Assembly: GCF_001194135.2 (NCBI RefSeq)
Contig: NC_068993.1
Span: 32,845,370-32,909,369, forward strand
Origin: Octopus bimaculoides
Lineage: Eukaryota
Direction: 5' to 3'
DNA length: 64,000 nucleotides
This document shows positions 38,497-51,656 of this stretch, piece by piece (position 1 is the stretch's first letter; each line of letters starts with the position of its first letter). The notes beneath the pieces were generated by a model that did not search any database, was not told the origin of the DNA, and saw only the letters and a list, made by a program, of their open reading frames with translations. Made by a program: the position numbers and the translations under genes.

Positions 38497-41400
38497 ATAT
38501 GTATGTATGTATATAATCTATTCCTCCTGTATGTGTGTATTTTTATAAGAGGAAAACATGTAATAATTGAACCAGAAAAAAGATCAATTTCATACATGAA
38601 GTTCTGTTTGTTTATTATATGATAATAATAAGTGGGTTGTATGTGTTATTTTATTTATCAATACTATAATGGCAATTATATAATACAGTTCATTTAAATA
38701 GGTAATTTAATCATTCTTGAATGTAATAATAGTAATGACAAATTAAGTTATTGAAGTATTCATATTGCATTAAAAGTGGATAAGCAAAAAGATTTGCTTT
38801 TCATCCCACACATGATGCTCCGACATAAGTTGGCCATGTGAAGAGCATGGTTCCTCAAGTTGCAATCCAACAACTTTTAGTGTTTGGCCCTGACTTTTAT
38901 TAATGCTCATAGCAAAAGAAACTTGGATAGGAAACTGTAACCGTTTAAATTGGAATAGGACATTAGATGGTATAATTAGTATACGAGGAATGAAGACAGT
39001 GTCACCTTTACCACAACCAGTGAGAATATTTGCCTCAATGCAGTTCCTCATAGTTTATGCACATTTAATATTGTACCATTGTATAATTTTGGTTGAGACA
39101 AATTACACAATAACATAATAGGAGTCCCTTTTCTCGAGTGAAGACAATGAGGAGCTGTACCTGGTAGTTTTTGTGAGTTCAAAAATTCAATGGGGTAGTT
39201 AACACTATCCTAATCATCAACAACATTGTCAATTGAATTATAAGTGAATACTTCTCCTGGAAGTTTATTCAATAGCATATTATTAATGCTATGTACAGCA
39301 ACATTTTTTGGAGTCAGGATAGCTCACTCACGGATCCAATTTGTATTGTTGTAATTATGAAGAAGATTAGGAAAGATTTCATCCACCAGACCCTTACCCT
39401 AATGCTAACCCCAATGGAATCAGTTGAATTACATATTGGATTGAGTGCAAGAAACTGTTCTTCATTAATTGGAAGTCTCCCTTCACTGAGTTTCAAAAGC
39501 TGCTCTGCAAATAGTTCAGCTGATTGATGTCTTGAAAGCCTTGATCTCATATAATAATTGAAGTAGAAAAAAGATCAACTTCATCCATGAACTTCTGTTT
39601 GTTTATTATGACAATAGTGAGTTGTATGTGTTATTATATTTATGAATACAGTAATGGCAATTATATAAACAGTCCATTTAAATAGGTAATTTACTCGTTC
39701 TTGAAGAACTTCATGCTTGAAATCTTCAGCAAGATCATTTCTAAACTTATTCCACAGTTTAACAGGATTGCCTACTTCTTAATTTTTGAGAATAATAGCA
39801 AAAAAGACATCTTAAACACTTTAGTATTTTTTATATTGAAGCTTCTAGTGTTGCTTGCCATTGCAAGCAAACCTAACTTGAAACACACTTCTCAGTATGT
39901 TCTGCAAATTTCACCATCAACTTCTTTCAAAACTTCGCATGAAGTGGATCTTCTTTTTACATGAAGAAGCATTCTGAGAATAAAGCATTCATTTTGGCTA
40001 GCATGTACAGTATATACTCCACCAATTGTTGTACCAAACTTAATCCTAGAATGACCTTGAACCTTTGTACCTATATTGCGTCTGTTTCATCATCATCATC
40101 ATTATTGTTTAACGTCTGTTTTCCATGCTAGCATGGGTTGGATGGTTCGACCAGGGTCTGGGAAGCCAAGAGGCTGCACCAGGCTCCAGTCTAATCTGGC
40201 AGTGTTTCTACAGCTGGATGCCCTTCCTAATGCCAACCACTCCGTGAGTGTAGTGGGTGCTTTTTATGTGCCACCGGCACAGGTATCACAACTACAATTT
40301 CCATTTGATTTTCATTTTGATGTTGATGTACTTGACTCAATAGGTCTCCTCAAGCACAGTAGGTCACCCTACGATCCAAAGTGCTTTTGAATGAGCTGGG
40401 GCTGGTTATGCGAAACTGGTGTAGGATACAGCCATGAACTCACTTTATTTGCTGGGTCTTCGCAGTCACAGCATATCTCCAGAGGTCTCGGTCTTTCATC
40501 ATTGCCTCTGTGAGGCCCATACTTCATGTGTAATAAAAAGGAACCTCATGATATAGCAGTTTTTTTGCAAAATTGTTCCCCTCAACAAAGGCCGTTAAAG
40601 TGGTATCCCTTGAATTTGAGACTTGATTTGCAGCTGTCTCAGCTGTGACGTAAACCCTTTGACCATTTTCTAAATGCACAGATAGTTGTTGAATGGCTGG
40701 GTGCCTTTCGTGGATTGTGAATCCAAATATGCTCCAGAAGGCCTCATTACTGCTTATATATCTCCCTATTCAGTATTGTTTAACTTCATCACGAGTGTTT
40801 TCTTGAATGGCAATAGAAGCAGCATCACTGCCCTTATTTATGTATTTGCATACATACTTTAAGCTCTTGATGGAGTTACAATACTCTGCATTGATATGAG
40901 CATTGAAAGTCTTTGACAGAAATGGGCAGTAAGGAACTATCCATCAATTGTCTACTTCATGATTACCAAGTTTGGCTTGCTCTCCTCCATTTTCTGTTTT
41001 CTATGGATATTGTTTTGTGCATTTCCCTTCCTTCATGCATGGTGACTGAGGGTTTTGAGCATCTCAAGGGCCATGAACCATATGAGATACCACAATCAAT
41101 AGCAGGATCAGGAATTTTGACTGAAATTATAGAATCAATTTGATTTGAGTTTATTTTTGTGTATAGCCAAAGTAAAATATGGGCATGAGGTAATCCCCTT
41201 TTCTGCCATTCCACTGTATGCATGGAATAGCAAACTTCCCCAAAGATATATAAATTTGAAAAGAGGTGCATCGTCTTATTTAATTATAAGTGAAAAATCT
41301 GTGCTATGATGTGCTTGTTGATCAAGAAAGAGTTCCTTTTGTATTTCAGGCCATTTCAAGTTACATGTAAAAGTTATAAATAAATCTGGCCTACCATATT

Positions 41401-43921
41401 TTATTTTCGTACATATGTCATGGCATCTTGTGTTCTTTCATGCATATAGTGAGGTCCACTTGTTGGAAGGATGTACAATTGCTCCTGATTATTTCCATAC
41501 CCATCATTATTTATGCTGTCTTGTAAGCGAATATATGAAGCAACCCAAAGCTGTTTTTGATGTGTTCTTACATAGGTGAGTCTTTCTGATTCAATCTTGG
41601 CATACATGTCAACAACAAATTATTGAATTAAATCCCTAGTTCTATGCAATAAATTAAAACTGAAGGGTCTAAGCATAAGATGAAATGCATAAAAATCCAT
41701 GCACGATACAGTTTTCTAGAACTTTCCCTTGCCTGAGAAATACCAAAATGATATCCATCTGTTCCATATGGAAAAAGCAATGGGTACTGTAGAGCATCAT
41801 AGGAGTGGTGTGTATCACTTGCCCTTTGAATGGAACAATCTCTACATTTATAATTATATCCTGTTTTCCAGTTTGTTCACCTGCTAAAATTATAAACAAC
41901 CTCATTAGTCTCTGGTGCTTTGAAATGCCGTGAATTCTCAGCTGGCAGGTTTCCATCAGAATTGATCACCAGTTAAAAATTTTTGCTTTGTGTATTATCA
42001 AGGGTACACTTGAAACTCCTCATATAAATACTGTTGTTATGAAGCATTTGTTGAAGTTGTATTATATTAAAGTGAAGCCCTTTATTAAGATTATACCTTG
42101 TTTCAGCTTCTTTTTGCATATTCTTAATGAAATAAACTTGCAAAAATTTATGGTCTTCATTTTCTTGTGGTAAAATGCTACCAATTCAATGATATACTTG
42201 CCCTTGGATTTTGAATGTGGGCATGAATCCTCCCACATTCACAATATTTGCTCCAAATGAAGTTATTTGGAAAGCATTATTATAGTGTTGTATTTTTTGT
42301 CGAAAATGCTTTGAATGGGAGAAGTTCCATGAAGAAAATTTTTCAGTTCTTCAGGAAGGTCAGAAAAGAAAGGCAGCATAATTTTCCCCCTCGTGCAGCA
42401 TAATGCAGGTAGTTCATTCAACTAGTTTTTACCACCACAGTAATACCATTGGTGAGACATTGAGCCAATTTCAGATTCATAGCAATGATTGGAGTTGTAA
42501 CTGAAAGCAGCAAGACGCCATTGCTGACGTGACCTACCTTTGTTGTGCCTGATTCGGTCCTTTTCATGTCTATTTGCAGTTTCTTGCATATGATGTGATG
42601 CACTTCGAAGATGATCAGTTGCAAGTCATGCATTTCTTTCGTCTTCATTTTCTGCTGCATGTTGAGCTGTCATTCTTTGTTGGCTATCTGCATGTTCTGC
42701 ATTTCTTTGATCTTCATTTTCTGCTGCACGTTGAGCTGTTATTCTTTGTTGGCTAACTGCAAGTCATGCATTTCTTTGATGTTCGGTTTCAGTTGAACGT
42801 CGAGCTTTCTTTTTTTGTCAATGGTCTGCAAGCTGTGCATGTGTCTCATCCTTGTTTTCTGCTGCATGCCGTGCGTTTGTTTGGTGTTCATTTTTTGACG
42901 CGCTTTTTTTTAGGAGACATTTTTTTTATTAGGAATATCAATAATAGTCAAACAAAATTACAAATGCTGTGTCCTGTCAGCATTAGTGCTGAAGTTCCAA
43001 CACTACATTACAGGAATGTAATGAAATCGGGTCTGTGTGCATGTCGCTTCACTGTCAGATTCTCTCTGTGTATCTGAAAGAAGTTTGTATATTTATATCT
43101 GAACCAAGAAGCTAGAAAAATAGGTATATCATATAGAAGAATAGCTTTACGGAATCCAGGTGACTGCAGTGACATCCATTGGAATATCCATTTGTCGCAG
43201 TTCCTTTTGACATTTGAAAAGACAGTATGCTGAAGGAGAATCAAAAGATTCAGTTTCAACGTGAATGAAGCTGGAAAAATAGCTATATCATATAGAATAG
43301 CTTTATGGAATCCAGGTGACTGTGCGATGGCACTGAGAAGGCCTTGGGTCCAATGGAAGACCCATTTGTCACGGTTTCTTTTAACATTTGAATAGGCTGT
43401 ATGCCCAAGGAGAATTGAAGGATTCAGTTTGGAATCTGAACCTGGGTGAGACTACGGCCACAGAATTAGATTTACTCCTCCTGTATGTGCAAAAGCATGG
43501 TTCTTCAAATTGCAACCCAGCAACTTTTAGTGTTTGTCCCTGACTTTTATTAGTACTCATGGCAAAAGAAAGTGGAATAGGAAACTGTATCCACTTAAAT
43601 CGGAATGGGACATTAGATGGTATAACTGGTATGCGAGGAATGAAGACGGTGTCACCTTTATCACAACCAGTGAGAATATTTGCCTCAGTGCAGTTCCCTC
43701 ATAAGTTTTTGCACATTTAGTATTGTACCATTGTATAATTTTGGTTGAGACAAATTATGCAATAGCATAATAGCTTCTCTTGAACCAGGTACTTTCATTT
43801 TGCCAGAGAAAGAAAGAGACAAAATTTCGATTTTATATATATAGAAAAAGCCTAATAGCTTCCCCTGAACCATTTACTTTCATTTTGCTGGACAAACAAG
43901 CACACAAACAGACAAAATTTC

Positions 43922-43982
<61 letters not shown>
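38362..43982 (-). mobile_element. Degenerate, internally rearranged autonomous-type Helitron (Rep/PIF1 helicase)
   Basis: 5' TC-TATATA end at 43982, 3' CTAG at 38362-38365. ORF start MSPKKKRV at 42920. Rep motif VEWQKRGLPHAHIL and YAKIESERL; helicase motifs FAEQLLKLSEG and FAMSINKSQGQTL. Many stops and frameshifts. Confidence 0.92.
40085..40520 (-). mobile_element. RTE LINE 3' end inserted in the Helitron
   Basis: Same 3'UTR and (GAT)n tail; interrupts the Helitron Rep/helicase sequence. Confidence 0.82.
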
Positions 43983-44328
43983 TTGATGACATGGTTTTCA
44001 GTGACAGAGTAGAAAGAGCCATAAATGTGGTAGAAGTAAATACACTGCCAAAACAAATATTGTTTGCCAAAATAGATTTGAAAAAAGGGAAAGAAACAGA
44101 CAAAATTTATGGTAATTGAAGAAGCAGTTACAATTATGAACACAGATGACTTTTGTACTTTAGCAAATGTAAATGAAAACTGATTAATGATGGCTGTAAT
44201 GATTTTAATAACAAAAGCAACAGTCTTACTAATGTTATGAGCCAGAATGAAATAGTAAACATGGGTCAATTCCTAGAAGATGAAAAAATAAAAAATGATA
44301 TATCTCTGTTTTCCCAAAAATAAAGGGT

Positions 44329-44372
<44 letters not shown>

Positions 44373-45059
44373 TCAAAGGAGCAGATGGAATTAGCCCTGA
44401 TCAATGTATGGTGGGATGTGCACTGCATCAAATAGGGAAAAGCATATGAAAGTGTGTGTTTGGTTTCTTAAAGTTATGATAAGCTCTACATAGCTGCCTA
44501 CAGGCTGGTTCCACTGTAGATGCAACACAAAAGTCACAGTTAAAAATATCGGTATGAATGCTGACTGTGAAGTAACATGAGCTCGTGTAGAGGGGTGGGT
44601 GGGGGTGCTGTAAGGACATGCATGTTCTAATGTCTTCTGAAGACTGCAAAGTTGTTCCTACGTTTTACCTCACTGTAAACCAGAAAGAAATACAATTAAA
44701 TGGTTACAGCTGGAACATATTTGATTAGAGATCTTTTCAGTCAAGGCTGACCTGGGGCCAACCAAGTGTGTGTGTGTGTGTGTATGTATGCATGTATGAT
44801 GATATTATAACAACAAACAACAAATTTGAAGATCAAACACTAAGACATGCCGACCACTCCCAGCAAAAAATGAAAATGAGAAAAACAGCAAACTAATTAA
44901 CTGCTATATCGGTGATAATAGGAGTGGGGGTTGTATATGTTTATGTGTGATAAAGACAGTATCTTTACCTCTTGGTTATCAGTTTAAAATCTTGATAGAT
45001 ATTGAAAGTTTGAAAAAGTGACAGAAATAACCTCCATAACAATGGCAGCAATAATAATA

Positions 45060-46060
45060 ATAATATTAGTTTCTAATTTTGGTACAAGGTCAGTGATTAT
45101 ATGAGGAGGGTGTTAGTTAATTCTAGTATTTGACTGTTGTTTTATTTTATTGACCTCCAGAGGAATGAATGACCTCAGTGAGATTTGAACTCAGAATGTA
45201 ATGAGCTGAAGCAAAATACTGCAAGCACTTTTTTCAAAAGTATTTCTGCCAGTCAAACATCTCACTGCCATTATCATTATCATTATAATCATTGCCGTCA
45301 TCGTCATCGTCTTTGGCGGCAGCGGCATTAAGCTGGTGAGCTGACAGAATCGTTAGCATGCTGGGCAAAATGCTTAGCGACATTTCATGTCTTTACATTC
45401 TGAGTTCAAATTCTGCCAAGGTTGACTTTGCCTTTTTTCCTTTCAGGGTCGATAAATTAAGTACCAGTGAAACACTGAGGTTGATGTAATCGGCTACCCC
45501 CCCCCAAAAAAAAAATTTCAGGCCTTGTGCCTTTAGTAGAAAGGATTATTATTAAGGTGGTGAACTGACAGAATTGTTAGCATGCTGGGCAAAATGCTTA
45601 GCAACATTTCATCTGTCTTTACATTCTGAGTTCAAATTCCATCAAAGTCAACTTTACCTTTCATCTTTTGAGGGTTGATAAAATATGTACTTATCTTTTC
45701 CCTCAAAATTGCTGGACTTGTGCCAGAATTTGAAATCATTATTATTATTACAAAGGTGGTGAGCTGACAGAATCATTAGCATGCTGGGCAAAATGCTTAG
45801 CAACATTTCATCTGTCTTTATGTTCTGAGTTCAAATTCCACCGAGGTCGACTTTGCTTTTCATCATTTCAGGGTTGATAAAATGAGTACCAGTTGAGCAA
45901 TGGAGTCGATGTAATTGATAAGTTCCCTACCCCAAAATTTCAGGCCTTGTACCTATAATAGAAAGGATTATTATTATAATTATAATGATGATTTTTTTTT
46001 TTCTACTATAGGCACAAGGCCTGAAATTTTGGGGGAAGGTGCTAGTCGATTACATCAACC
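45060..46060. mobile_element. Cluster of five ~200-bp tRNA-SINEs with a CTTTCATCCTTTC.GGGTCGATAAA (Deu/Nin-like) domain
   Basis: Three head-to-tail + copies (about 45330, 45555, 45755) flanked by - strand copies (about 45060-45250 and 46000-46060). Confidence 0.82.
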
Positions 46061-46064
46061 CCAG

Positions 46065-46872
46065 TATGTGACAACATCAATATTTATACAGTCCAGAAAG
46101 ATCACACCACTTGCAACAGCTGACTATGAAATGATGAAAGACAATAATAATAATTAGTGATGCTGTAATTTTGTTCAAGTTAAAGCACTGCAAATGAAGA
46201 AGTAGGAAAATATCTCAAAATACTTTGATTAAAGAGTAGAAATATCAATAATGCAGTGATGTCCAGCAGTAAAAGTGGAAGTTGTACCAGTTATCATTAG
46301 AGCATGAGATTTAATCCCCCAAAAACTATCATATTGTCTAGACTGGTTGCGCAATGAAAAAGATGTGTGTTCCAAAATCTGCCTTCCTTGGAACTTGTTA
46401 TATTCTTAGAAAGGTACTTTTGCTTTAAGGCCTTTTATTGAAGCTTGACAGTTAACACGAAGAAGAAAAACCCAACAAAATGCAGTATTTTATATCCATT
46501 CTCTTTGATGAAATAATAATAAAAGTAGTTTTCTTTACCATTAAGCATTGACAAAAACATTAGGAATAAATCCAACAAGGCCGATATTGTTATCAATGAT
46601 ATGAAGGACAGGAAGTGCCTAATTCTCAAATTATACAATACCTTCCAGAAGAAACATTTCTATTCAAAGAGAAACTGGAGATAGAAATCAGCAGGATGTG
46701 GAATATGAAAAGTGAAATAATACCACTGGTCACTGGAGTGCTGGAACTCACATAGAAGGGAATGTGAAAGTTCATCAACCACATCCTGGACAACATCAGT
46801 ATTTAGGCAGTCCAGAAAGATTACACTACTTGGAACAACTGACATACTATTGAAAGTGTTGCCAATCAAGTG
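46065..46872 (+). pseudogene. R4/Dong-type non-LTR retrotransposon C-terminal (restriction-like endonuclease) remnants, at least two copies
   Basis: NKADIVINDMKDRKCLI...KLEIEISRMWNMKSEIIPLVTG...VQKITLLGTTDILLKVL at 46572-46872. A second decayed copy (VEVVPVII...KSAFLGTCYILRKVL) lies at about 46270-46420. Confidence 0.7.
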
Positions 46873-47271
46873 ATATCTTCTCTATAGTACCACTGGCCCA
46901 TAGTTTGGACCTGGTCCTATAAAATATATTACATAAAATAAAAAAAGAAGCAGTAATAACAAGGGTTTATTATTTAAGCACGATTTAATAGGGAAGGATG
47001 AACTCAGAATGTAAAGAGCTGTAATTAAATGCTGCTAAGCATAGTTTCCAATACTCTAATAATTATGTGAAATAATAATGAAGGCTGTGATGATGTGAAA
47101 GTGAGGATTTTGATGGTGGGGATTGTGATGATAATATTTTCATTGGTGTTGAAAATGAGAGTAATAGTGGTAATGATAATAATAAAGGCTGTAATAATGG
47201 AAATAACGATAATTTTGATGATGATCATGATGATGTTTTATTATTTCCTTCTTTTTAATCCCTTACAATAG

Positions 47272-47302
47272 GTCCATATATTACAACTGCTGACCCAAAG
47301 TG
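47272..47302 (+). other. SLC25A15: 5'UTR part of the first coding exon of SLC25A15
   Basis: A pyrimidine tract TTATTTCCTTCTTTTTAATCCCTTACAATAG ends at 47271, 31 nt before the ATG, implying an upstream non-coding exon. Confidence 0.6.
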
Positions 47303-47378
47303 ATGGAAGTACAAACTACACAGTTTAAAAGATCAATCCTTGTCGATGGAGTCATTGACTTCACTGCTGGGACGGCAG
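47303..47378 (+). CDS. SLC25A15: Mitochondrial ornithine carrier, first coding exon (MEVQTTQFKRSILVDGVIDFTAGTA-G)
   Basis: ATG at 47303. The DFTAGTAG motif matches the start of carrier helix 1. Donor G|GTAAG at 47379 is phase 1, matching the next exon. This exon is not in the ORF track and was found by manual translation. Confidence 0.9.
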
Positions 47379-48902
47379 GTAAGATTAAAAACGCCTTCAT
47401 TCCTCACTTGCATCTCAGTGGTGCTTGCTTATTTATTATTTCTTTTTTGTACCTTTAAGGTATGATGCAGTACGAGGATTTACCTCCTCCTGAGCTCTTA
47501 GTTTGTATGCCTTTACTCTTTTTTGTCAGCTGAACTGCCATTACACATCCAATTGATCATACTCAGCCCATTCTCATACTGTGTATGTATATATATATAT
47601 GTTATAATTTAGAACAAACAGTAAAAGGTTGTTATTATAGTACTCAGAGTTTCGAATGTTGGAGCGAAGAGCTACAATGCATTCTCATCGGTCATTAATG
47701 GCAACAGACACTATGAAAAAAAAAAAAAACCATTGAATAAAAGGGAAGTTACTCTATTAGGTATAAAACGAAAAAAAGGAAAAGATAAAAAATACAGGCA
47801 ACCATATTCTCACAATACATAGACATAAACCTCCTGCGTTCATGTCTACATATGTACACATACACACATACAAACATGTGTATACACGTATTCATACACA
47901 CACATACACACACACACATATATTTATATATATATGATCTCGATCCCTATACTGAGCTGTAGAAAGTGACGATGCATCATAAACAACAAACAACTTTGGA
48001 TAAGTTCTTCACTTCTCAAGCTGATGTTAATGATAATAAACTATAAGCTTTTTAAATATTGTCCCTTATCCTCCTAGAAACGTTCATTCCACCAACACCC
48101 CTCACAATAGTCAACATCTTTGATAAGAATGTACTCTTATGATATGATTCTTGTTTCCCTAACTCATTCCTCTTGAAATTTTTTTGTGTTTTTATGTATC
48201 TATATTGTACCATGTATGTTTAGACATAGCTATTTTCATATATAAAGGCGATCATGTTGCTTATTCTGTTGTTTTCTTGTTCTTTTTTGCATAGGAACAC
48301 AATCTCATTTGATATGAAAATCAATAGGAAAATTAATTTCATATTACAGCCAGATTTTCAGGAAGGCATTACTTCCATGAAGCAGGGATTCCTGTTATAT
48401 TTCCTTGTGGTCTGACATGTTTTCATAGTATATTAAAAACGAATGACACTGCTTGTATGACAGTGACACTTGCTTACAACTCTCATGCAGTGTTAAAACA
48501 AGGAGACAAACATTCACACACACAATAGGTTTCTTGCTGTTTCCATCTACCAGATCCACTTACAAGTGATTGGTCACCTCAAGGCTATACAAGAAGAGAC
48601 TTGCTCAAGGTGCCACTCTGTGGAATTGAAGCTGAAGCAATGTGGTCAGGAAGCAAACTTCTTAACCATACAGATACACTTGTAACTATACATATAGTGG
48701 CTATATACATGTATGTGTATATATAAATATATATATATATANNNNNNNNNNNNNNNNNNNNNNNNNNNNNNNNNNNNNNNNNNNNNNNNNNNNNNNNNNN
48801 NNNNNNNNNNNNNNNNNNNNNNNNNNNNNNNNNNNNNNNNNNNNNNNNNNNNNNNNNNNNNNNNNNNNNNNNNNNNNNNNNNNNNNNNNNNNNNNNNNNN
48901 NN

Positions 48903-48942
<40 letters not shown>

Positions 48943-48959
48943 CAGGCAGGCAGAGAGAG

Positions 48960-49110
48960 ACATAGCTGTGTGGTAAGAAGTTTACTTCTAAATCACACAA
49001 TTGAGGATTCAATCCCACTGCATGGCATCTTGGGCAAGTTTCTTCTGCTATATTCCTGGGCCAACCAAAGCCTTATGAGTGGATTTGATTGACAAATTAA
49101 AAGAAGCCCA
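48960..49110 (+). mobile_element. SINE 5' half (an inverted partial copy lies at about 48500-48670)
   Basis: GCTGTGTGGTAAGAAG...CCAACCAAAGCCTTATGAGTGGATTTG. Confidence 0.7.
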
Positions 49111-49470
49111 TGGTATGTATATATCACAAAGGTGATGACAAGTGACTAAAACCTTTGACTGTATGTGGTGCTTGAGAAGACTCATCAAGCCAAGTGAAAC
49201 CATAATTGTGGTTGTGGTTGTTGCCAGTGTCATGTAAATGGCACCTGTGAAATTGTAGTCATGGCCATTGCCAGTGTCATGTAAATGGTACCTATGCTGG
49301 GGGCACATAAAAAATACCCATTACACTCTGGTTGGCGTTAAGAAGGGCATTCAGTGATAGAAACCATGTCAAATCAGACTGGAACTTGGTGCAGCCCCCT
49401 GGCTTACCAGTTCCAATCAAACTGTTTAACCCATGCCAGCATGGAAATTGGACACTAAATGATGATGANN
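49110..49470 (+). mobile_element. RTE LINE 3'UTR/tail
   Basis: GGTTGGCGTTAAGAAGGGCAT...GGACACTAAATGATGATGA. Confidence 0.75.
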
Positions 49471-49478
49471 NNNNNNNN

Positions 49479-49523
<45 letters not shown>

Positions 49524-50602
49524 GTTTGGATTTAACTTTTAAATTAAAAAAAATTCAAACTGTGTTTTGGGTATGCTCCAAGTAGTATGCTAGCAAAGCA
49601 CATTCACTGTTTATGGCTACTTGGCGTCATCCACAGTAATTGCACAGTCTTCGCTGGATCTATGTTAGGAGGCAAAGCACTTTCACTATATATATATATA
49701 TGGAGTAGGAGGCATGATAATTGTAAACAAATGTCCTCTGTTCATCTTCTGTGAAAACATGTCCAGCTATAGGGAATTATTACCTTACTTGGAAACAGGT
49801 TGGTGAGAGTAAAAACATCCAACCATAGAAAATCTGCCTCAATAAAATTCCTTCCAACCTATGCAAGCATGGAATATTGAAGAAACAATAACAATAATAA
49901 TGATGATATATAATTAAAAGTGTGCTGGAAAGCATGACACATAGTTGCCACAGAGTTTGGGCTTTGTAATCAGTTCTATTATCCTCTCCTATATTCAGTG
50001 CAGTGTGAAGTCAACCATCATATAACGAGACAGGCAAGCTTGTGGAATTCAGCCACATTATATAGTATAAACAAATGCAGAAAACATAATTGGAAAAATT
50101 AAAAATAGTAGTTATGTTTCCTGCATTTTCTATATGGAGACAGGAAGAGCATCTGTCCATAAATATTCTACCTCAACAAATTCTGTCTTACCCATGCATG
50201 CATAGGAAAGTGGATGTTAAGTAAGGATGATGATATGGGTGCATTGGGGTTCATATGTGCATTTATGTATGCATGCAAGTGTGTAAAAATCAGAGATGCA
50301 TTGCCCCAAGCAGAAACTCAAGGGGTTACTTAAAGATATTGTAAGCTCTTCTCTTTATAGCAACTAAAGCCATTGCAATGTTGGATCTCAAGCAGTTGTC
50401 TACCTGAATGGAGCAGCTAGAACTGACCTAGCTATCACCTATCTATCCAATCATCCATCTATCTCTTTCCATTTATCTATCTACCAGTCTATGTGTCTGT
50501 CCATCCATCCATCCAGCCACCCACTCACCTGTCTGTGCACTTATTTATTTATATATGTATTTATCTATTTACCAATCTACCTTTTCTTTTCTATACTTCC
50601 AG

Positions 50603-50990
50603 GTGGGATTGCCAATGTTTACATCGGTCAGCCACTAGACACAGTCAAAGTGAAGATGCAGACGTTCCCAACCTTGTACAGAAATGCCCTCCACTGTTTC
50701 ACTGACACTTTCAAAAAGGATGGCATTATTAAGGGTCTCTATGCTGGTACTGGGCCTTCCCTTGTGGCAAATATTTCAGAAAATGCTATTCTCTTCTTGT
50801 TCTATGGATTTTGCCAGAAGGCAATTGTTCTTGTTACAAGACATAGGAAGGTGGAAGATTTATCACCTATACACAATGCATTTGCTGGAAGTGGTGCTGC
50901 CTTTTTCTGTGCATTTGCACTCTGTCCTACAGAACTTGTCAAATGTCGCCTGCAGGCCATGCGTGAAATGAAAGGGGCTGCTAGAACAGT
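50603..50990 (+). CDS. SLC25A15: Mitochondrial ornithine carrier, second coding exon (GIANVYIGQPLDTVKVKMQTFP...CPTELVKCRLQAMREMKGAARTV)
   Basis: Contains two carrier signatures PX[DE]XX[KR]X[KR] (PLDTVKVK, PTELVKCR). Polypyrimidine acceptor TTCCAG at 50597-50602, donor GTACGT at 50991. The 388-nt length keeps frame (phase 1 in, phase 2 out). Confidence 0.95.
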
Positions 50991-51497
50991 GTACGTCCAT
51001 TGTCAATACTTTGAAATTTTCTTATTCAGTCTTTTTTTTTAACATTTTTCTCTTTTTATTGTTTCTTTTTTCTTGTTTAACCTCAAACCATGATCAGGGA
51101 TTCGTGATCAAAGGTGTTCCAGCTTAAATCATGCCTTCTTTTCCTACATCAAGGATTATATTGTTCAGTGTGTCTTTTCTTATTTAAAATGAGAGCATGT
51201 GATTTAAGGGAAGTTTAGTTGCTATTTCTAGCTGAATGAGTAATTGCATAGAGGTTCCTTCATTTACTCTTGCTGTTGTTTTTGCTATATTTACTGTTTT
51301 GACTGTTAAGTAAAAACAAAGTGAAAGTACCAAATAGACATGCTATTGAGCATCCATCTTGAAGATCTTCTATTTGTAGAAACTTCTTCAATAATATTTG
51401 GGGAATTGTGTAACTGGAGTGGTGGATAACAGTAACGGACAGGCCAGCAATATGACAATGTCACTGGGTACACAACTGCTGTATGTACATGTGTTTG

Positions 51498-51530
<33 letters not shown>

Positions 51531-51592
51531 CGCAGAATTATTAGTGGAGGATTATCAATCCAGGCAAAATACTTATATCTTGTATATATATG

Positions 51593-51654
<62 letters not shown>

Positions 51655-51656
<2 letters not shown>

